64,000 nucleotides of DNA from NCBI RefSeq assembly GCF_009914755.1, contig NC_060929.1; one strand, written 5' to 3'. The notes under the pieces were generated by a model that was not told the DNA's origin, ran no database searches, and saw only the letters and a list, made by a program, of their open reading frames with translations. How positions within the stretch are numbered: position 1 is the stretch's first letter; each line of letters starts with the position of its first letter. Both the position numbers and the translations under genes were made by a program. This DNA is from the human T2T-CHM13v2.0 reference genome, Homo sapiens. This document shows positions 58,241-64,000 of this stretch, in pieces.

Positions 58241-60691
58241 TACCAGTTATGCTGTTTAGGAAAATAATTTTCTTAATAATGATATTGATAATTAGTGCGA
58301 TGTGCGCATTTTATTTCTCCAAAAGATTACAAACTTATTTTTGATATTTTTTCTTCGGATTTTTTCATAAAGCTACAGAGATAACCGGATGTATCTTAGA
58401 AAGACTGATTTCATTTTGTTTTTTAGATCATTCACTGCTTTCCAATATCAGTCTTTACTAACACAAGTAATCATCATTAACAAATGGAGAAAGTGGAGAA
58501 ACTAAAAGAATAAAGAAAGTGTAAAAGTTGGTAACCTATTAAAATTAGAACTAAAAACTCAATATCATCAAAATATTTCTCTTTCTACACAAATGCTCTT
58601 TCTATTAAAAAATATTTTTCTGTAGTTTTAAATAATTAAAGGGCCACATTACCGACCTATTAAAAATGCAACATCCAAATATTCTGATATTCTACCATGG
58701 AATAACTGAATAGATGAAGGAAATTGAAAAGTGCTTGATTTGATTACTTCGAAACATCAAGCAACAATGAGCAATTATTTTGAACAACAGCTCCCAGTGG
58801 GAATTGGCTTTTCCTTGGCCCTCATTGCGTTCTTGTGCCCATTGTTTATAATTACACAAGCGCACTGTGACGGTGCCGTCGTTAAATTAGAAATGGGGCG
58901 TCTTTGACAACTGCAGTAAAACTCAACAAAAGACGAATGTGATTTTTTTCTGCTTCCCTTCTTCTTTCACATATTTAAACATGTATTAATTAACTTGTTC
59001 TGGCAAGTGTTTAGTAAACATCGAACAAGGGCATTTCTTTGGTGGTATAATTAAAATTCTCTTTTAAATGTTTTGCGTGATATTTTATGTGCAGTTTGAC
59101 TCTAGTAAACAGAGGTTCTAATTAAAGTTTTTAAATTAAGGCAATCAAAATTGATAAAACATCCAGCATCCCATTCAAACACATTCTCTTCCTGTCTAGA
59201 GCAAGTTTAATTTGACGGTCAGTTAACACAAACCTGAATTAGTGAAGATGTCCACACCTTCACAAGCCCCCTTCTGTCTTATTAATAGTTAGTCTCAGGG
59301 AAGAAACCTTTTGGTGTTGCAGTATCCCTTTAAGTTATTATACAAAATTTATTACATTAATTATTCTAAGTTATTATACCAAGATATTATGAGAAGCATC
59401 TGATTTGCATTATGAATTCTCTGCAAATAAACTTACATAAAACATATTGAATGAACAAAGCTATCCAAACAGCAAGTGGAGCTTTGATTATTTCTTTCCA
59501 TTATAACTTGGCATAAAGGGTTACACCTCTGTAAATACTGCTATCCTTTTGGGGGAGAAGTGTCATGGTAGTGTTTCAACGCTAACAGGCAAGTATCTGA
59601 AGAATCACTATCCCTTTTTGCTGTGTGTATGTGTGTGTTTAGTGGGAAAGGTGAAGAGAGACAGAAAAGAATTCATTTGGCCTGTAATGCATTGATTGAC
59701 CTGAAGTGAAAGATATTTTCAGGGAAACTTTAAATTCCCCATCTTTAAATTATTCATACATTTTTTTTCATTTTAGTGATGTTGTAAACAACTCCAAAAA
59801 GCAAAGCTTTAAATACAGGAACGGTCGGTAAGTAATGAGTGATTTACTGGCTGTCAGGATTACTGATGTCTCAAATGATCTTTTTTAATTAGTGGGGATT
59901 AAAACAGATTCCTCCCCATCACTTTCTTCAGACCTTGGGGTCTGTAACTGAGCTGGCCAAGGGTGGGAACAGAAAGGCATTCCCTCTGGCTCGGAACTTA
60001 GAATTGGAGCTTGCCACCCAGAGATAAGAACCACTTGTGCTTTTGTAAAAGAAAGAGCAAAATAAAGTGTAACTCCGACTCCATGGAGAGCTTGCCTAAT
60101 TCTGGGATTTTCTTAGCAAGCCTTCGTGGCCCTTACACTAAGCCATCTTTCCAACCTGGCTGTCTTTTGTTTTTGTTTTTCAGTAATAAAGGTGATATAT
60201 TGGTCTTCATCCAACACTCCTGTATTTCTTAATCTTTGGAGTTTGGAAGAAAAAGGAAGATGCTATTTATCAGGTGCCTCCCCTGAGACCCCAAAACTTT
60301 ACTATTCTTGATTTAAAGAAGAGGAAATTGGAACACATTGTATCAAGTTACTTGCCAATGTCTCATAGCTAATAAGTATTGATACTGGGATAAAAATTGG
60401 TAAACTGGCCGCCTCTGTGTTTCTAAACACACTGCTATTCTATCCCTGGGTATGAGCACATCGGCCCTAATTGTATACATGAGAAACAAGAGCCGAGAGA
60501 GGTGGAATAGCTTGTCTGAGATCACAAGAGAAGAAAGAGAGTAAGATCTAAACCCCAGCTCTTCTAAATACCACTATCACGACTTTCGACAGTAATTTTC
60601 CTTTTATTTATTCTGCACATCCATGCCTTTTCAAACCAAACATTCAAAAGAACTTGGACCTTTGCTTAATGGTTCAAGGTCATTTTTATGA

Positions 60692-61053
<362 letters not shown>

Positions 61054-61079
61054 ACATGTTCGTTTTTATAGTCATTAGT

Positions 61080-61250
61080 CATATCTTCAATTCACGCATT
61101 TAGTCATTCTTACATTCAGCCATGCACGCATTCATCTATACATTTGCTTATTTTACAAATGTTTATCTGGTGTTACTATGTGCCAGGCACTGTTCTTGGC
61201 ACTGGGATGTAGGACTTCATCAGTCTCCCAAGACCAGCCCCTGACTTGTT
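61080..61250 (-). mobile_element. L2 3' fragment
   Basis: CAAATGTTTATCTGGTGTTACTATGTGCCAGGCACTGTTCTTGGCACTGGGAT. Confidence 0.8.
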
Positions 61251-61626
61251 TTGTTCTGTGCTCAGTTCTTCTGCCTGCCTTTTGTAGCTACTCTGTCTGT
61301 GCCTTTCAGCTACCCCCTCCCACTAATGTTGATAATCCAGCCTCCAGCACTCACTCATCCCTTCAATTTGTGGGGGATTTAAAAACCTGATGATAAATTT
61401 TTTCAAATTTTGTCTGAAATGAGAGTAAATACAACCTAGATGCTGTTTCCATGAGCAAAATACAAATGACATTGTGGATATTACAGCTAAGAAGGAGCCT
61501 CTAGGTTAGTTGGGTTTTATCGAAGTTCTGCCACTCACTAGCTATGTACTCTGGGCAAAGTATTCAGTCCCTCTAAGTCTGTGTTTCTTATCTCTCTGAA
61601 AGAGAGGATAAGAAAATGGTCCCCAT

Positions 61627-62242
61627 CATGGAGTGTAAATTAGTTCAACCATTGTGGAAGACAATGTGGCAATTCCTCAAGGATCTAGAACTAGAAATAC
61701 CATTTGACCCAGCAATCTCATTTATAGGTATATACCCAAATGATTATAAATTATTCTACTATAAAGACACATGCACACATATGTTTACTGCGGCACTGTT
61801 CACAATAGCAAAAACTTGAAACCAACCCAAATGCCCATCAGTGATAGACTGGATAAAGAAAATGTGGCACATATACACCATAGAATGCTATGCAGCCATA
61901 AAAAAGGATGAGTTCATGTCCTTTGCAGGGACATGGATGACGCTGGAAATCATTATTCTCAGCAAACTAACACAAGAACAGAAAACCAAACACCGCATGT
62001 TCTCACCCATAAGTGGGAGTTGAACAATGGGAACACATGGACACAGGGAAGGGAACATCACACACCGGGGCCTGTTTGTGGGTGAGGGGCTAGGGGAGGG
62101 ATAGCATTAGGAGAAATACCTAATGTAGATGACAGATTGATGGGTGCAACAAACCACCATGGCATGTGTATATCTATGAAACAAACCTGCATGTTCTGCA
62201 CGTGTACCCCAGAACTTAAAGTATAATTTAAAAAAAAAAGAA
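61627..62242 (+). mobile_element. 5'-truncated L1PA (PA5-7-like) inserted in a MIR
   Basis: ORF2 C-terminus with an internal stop, 3'UTR and A tail; 17-bp TSD AAGAAAATGGTCCCCAT at 61610-26 and 62243-59. Confidence 0.95.
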
Positions 62243-62489
62243 AAGAAAATGGTCCCCATTACAAAGGATTGTTGCAAGACTTCCATGTGTGTAGAGCATT
62301 TATCCCATTACCTGGCACATTTGTTTGCTGCTCTTAGTTAGCTTGTAAGTTTTGTAACAACTCTTTTTACCTCTTGGAGACCTCCGTTGGTGTTATTTTT
62401 TAGGGAATTCATGAAGACTCAATTCTAAGGCCACAACTAGATTGAGCACTTGTCATGTGGGCAGCAGCCTGGCACACACCCCCTTAGAG

Positions 62490-62745
62490 TGCATTCAGAG
62501 TGAGGGCACCCTAGTCTGATGCATGAATTGGGATCTGGCTTTATTACATACTCACTGCATGACCGTGGACAAGCTATTTGACCTAAGTTTCAGTTTCTTA
62601 TCTGCAGAAATCAGAAGAATGTTATCCACCTCTCAGGATTGTCACGAGAATTCACGAAAGCACCTTTGTGATGGGCTTAGCAAGGTGCCTAGCACATAAC
62701 AAGTTCAGGGGTAGAATATAGCAATGTTAACCAGTATTATTATTT
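62490..62745 (+). mobile_element. MIR SINE
   Basis: TGACCGTGGACAAG..TTTCAGTTTCTTATCTGCAGAA..GGATTGTCACGAG. Confidence 0.75.
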
Positions 62746-63739
62746 ATGAATTAGACATCATGTAATTGATAAAAGACGTACATATATCATCCAAAATTAA
62801 TTAAATATCTCTACTCTTTGTAACACTTTATGCAAGTATTAGCCTCTAAAAATCATCTATGATATGCCAAGTTCACAATTACTTAATGGTAAACTGAACC
62901 ATGTGATTGCTTTTGCAATTTAATCAAGTTAATTCTGTTTTGGACTTGCCATCCTCACTAAGATACCTTCATCTCCTGCAGGCCCAGAGCTGCCAGCCAA
63001 TACTCTCTGGCTGCCCTTTCACTGAGCTGTTAAAAGAAGAGCTAGCTCATAGAAATCATCCATGCTAATTTGTAAGAGGGTTTTAACATCTCCCGGTCTT
63101 GTTTAAGCTTCATTGTCTTCCATGGCCATGTGTCTAAAAGAATTAATGTAGCTGCCAGAGAACCTAACATTTAAGCAGAGAATAATATGAAACCCAGTCT
63201 TTCCTACAATTCTGCAACCTAAACCTATAGTTTGCTACAGAAATGTTTAAATTCATACCATGAAGAGCTAATTAAAAGTATAAAAATGCTTTCTCTTCTT
63301 CTTTGTTCGCATGAGTAAATCTTTTGGGAAAAGACAGGGTCCACGTGCCCAAAGGGCCATCAAGAGCCAGGCAAGGTGCTTAAAGGAATGAAGCAAGCAG
63401 GTCTAGGAAAACCCCAGTGGAAGGGAGATGGCAAATGGCATTTGAACATAAGGCCCCAGCAGGGGAGCACAGGAAGGACAGTGGGGACCGTGGCAGCCCG
63501 GGAAGCCCTTGCACTGCTGTGGGAGCAGCTCCCTCCACTCCAGAAATAAAGGCCACCAGAACTTTTGAGGTTTCAAGTTAATCCACAAATGAGGATGTAT
63601 TGATTCCTTGAAGAGTAGCAACTGACTTAAGTTTCTTAATTGTAGAATAAAAGGCATAACAAAAAATGCACAAGAGGCAAAGTGTGGCCCTAGGATGGCC
63701 TATATGTGTCGTCTGCTAAGATCTTTGGCAGTTTAAGTA

Positions 63740-63950
63740 GCTGTAGCCATCTTCATGTTCATAAGTAAGACCTCACATGAATTCATTCATTTTTATGCTC
63801 ACAGCTATCCTATGAGGTAGGTACTATTAATGTCATCCCATTTTACAGGTAAAGAAACTGAGACACAAATTGGTCCCCTCTTTGTCCAGCCAGCGTTGTG
63901 CGGGGCTGAGATTCTCACCTTGACATGTGGCATGCCGGAGTCTGCTCTTC
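63740..63950 (-). mobile_element. MIR SINE
   Basis: CCTATGAGGTAGGTACTATT..CCCATTTTACAGGTAAAGAAACTGAGACACA. Confidence 0.85.
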
Positions 63951-64000
63951 ATCATATTCTCATATTTAAATAGTTTAGTAGTTCTCACAATTAAATAGTT

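Overview
Primate (very probably human) non-coding genomic DNA. It is AT-rich and CpG-poor, with many Alu, L1, MIR, L2, MaLR/ERV LTR and MER elements plus microsatellites. I find no intact protein-coding exon, RNA gene or CRISPR array; nearly all listed ORFs are repeat or microsatellite artefacts. The standout is an intronless, heavily decayed but near full-length double-homeobox pseudogene at ~53.44-54.65 kb (+). It aligns by eye to DUX4 from homeodomain 1 to the C-terminal activation domain. Its homeodomain 1 looks closer to DUXC, the intron-containing ancestor thought lost in primates, than to DUX4. Several DUX-type binding motifs also occur in the window. Other points: a young L1PA2 with a perfect TSD, an ERVK-class solo LTR, an ERVL integrase/dUTPase fossil, nested insertions, two candidate enhancers, and a strong minus-strand LTR bias suggesting an intron of a + strand gene. 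From memory and unverified, this could be DUX4L51 in CDH6 intron 1. Repeat subfamily names are by-eye calls and need RepeatMasker/Dfam confirmation.
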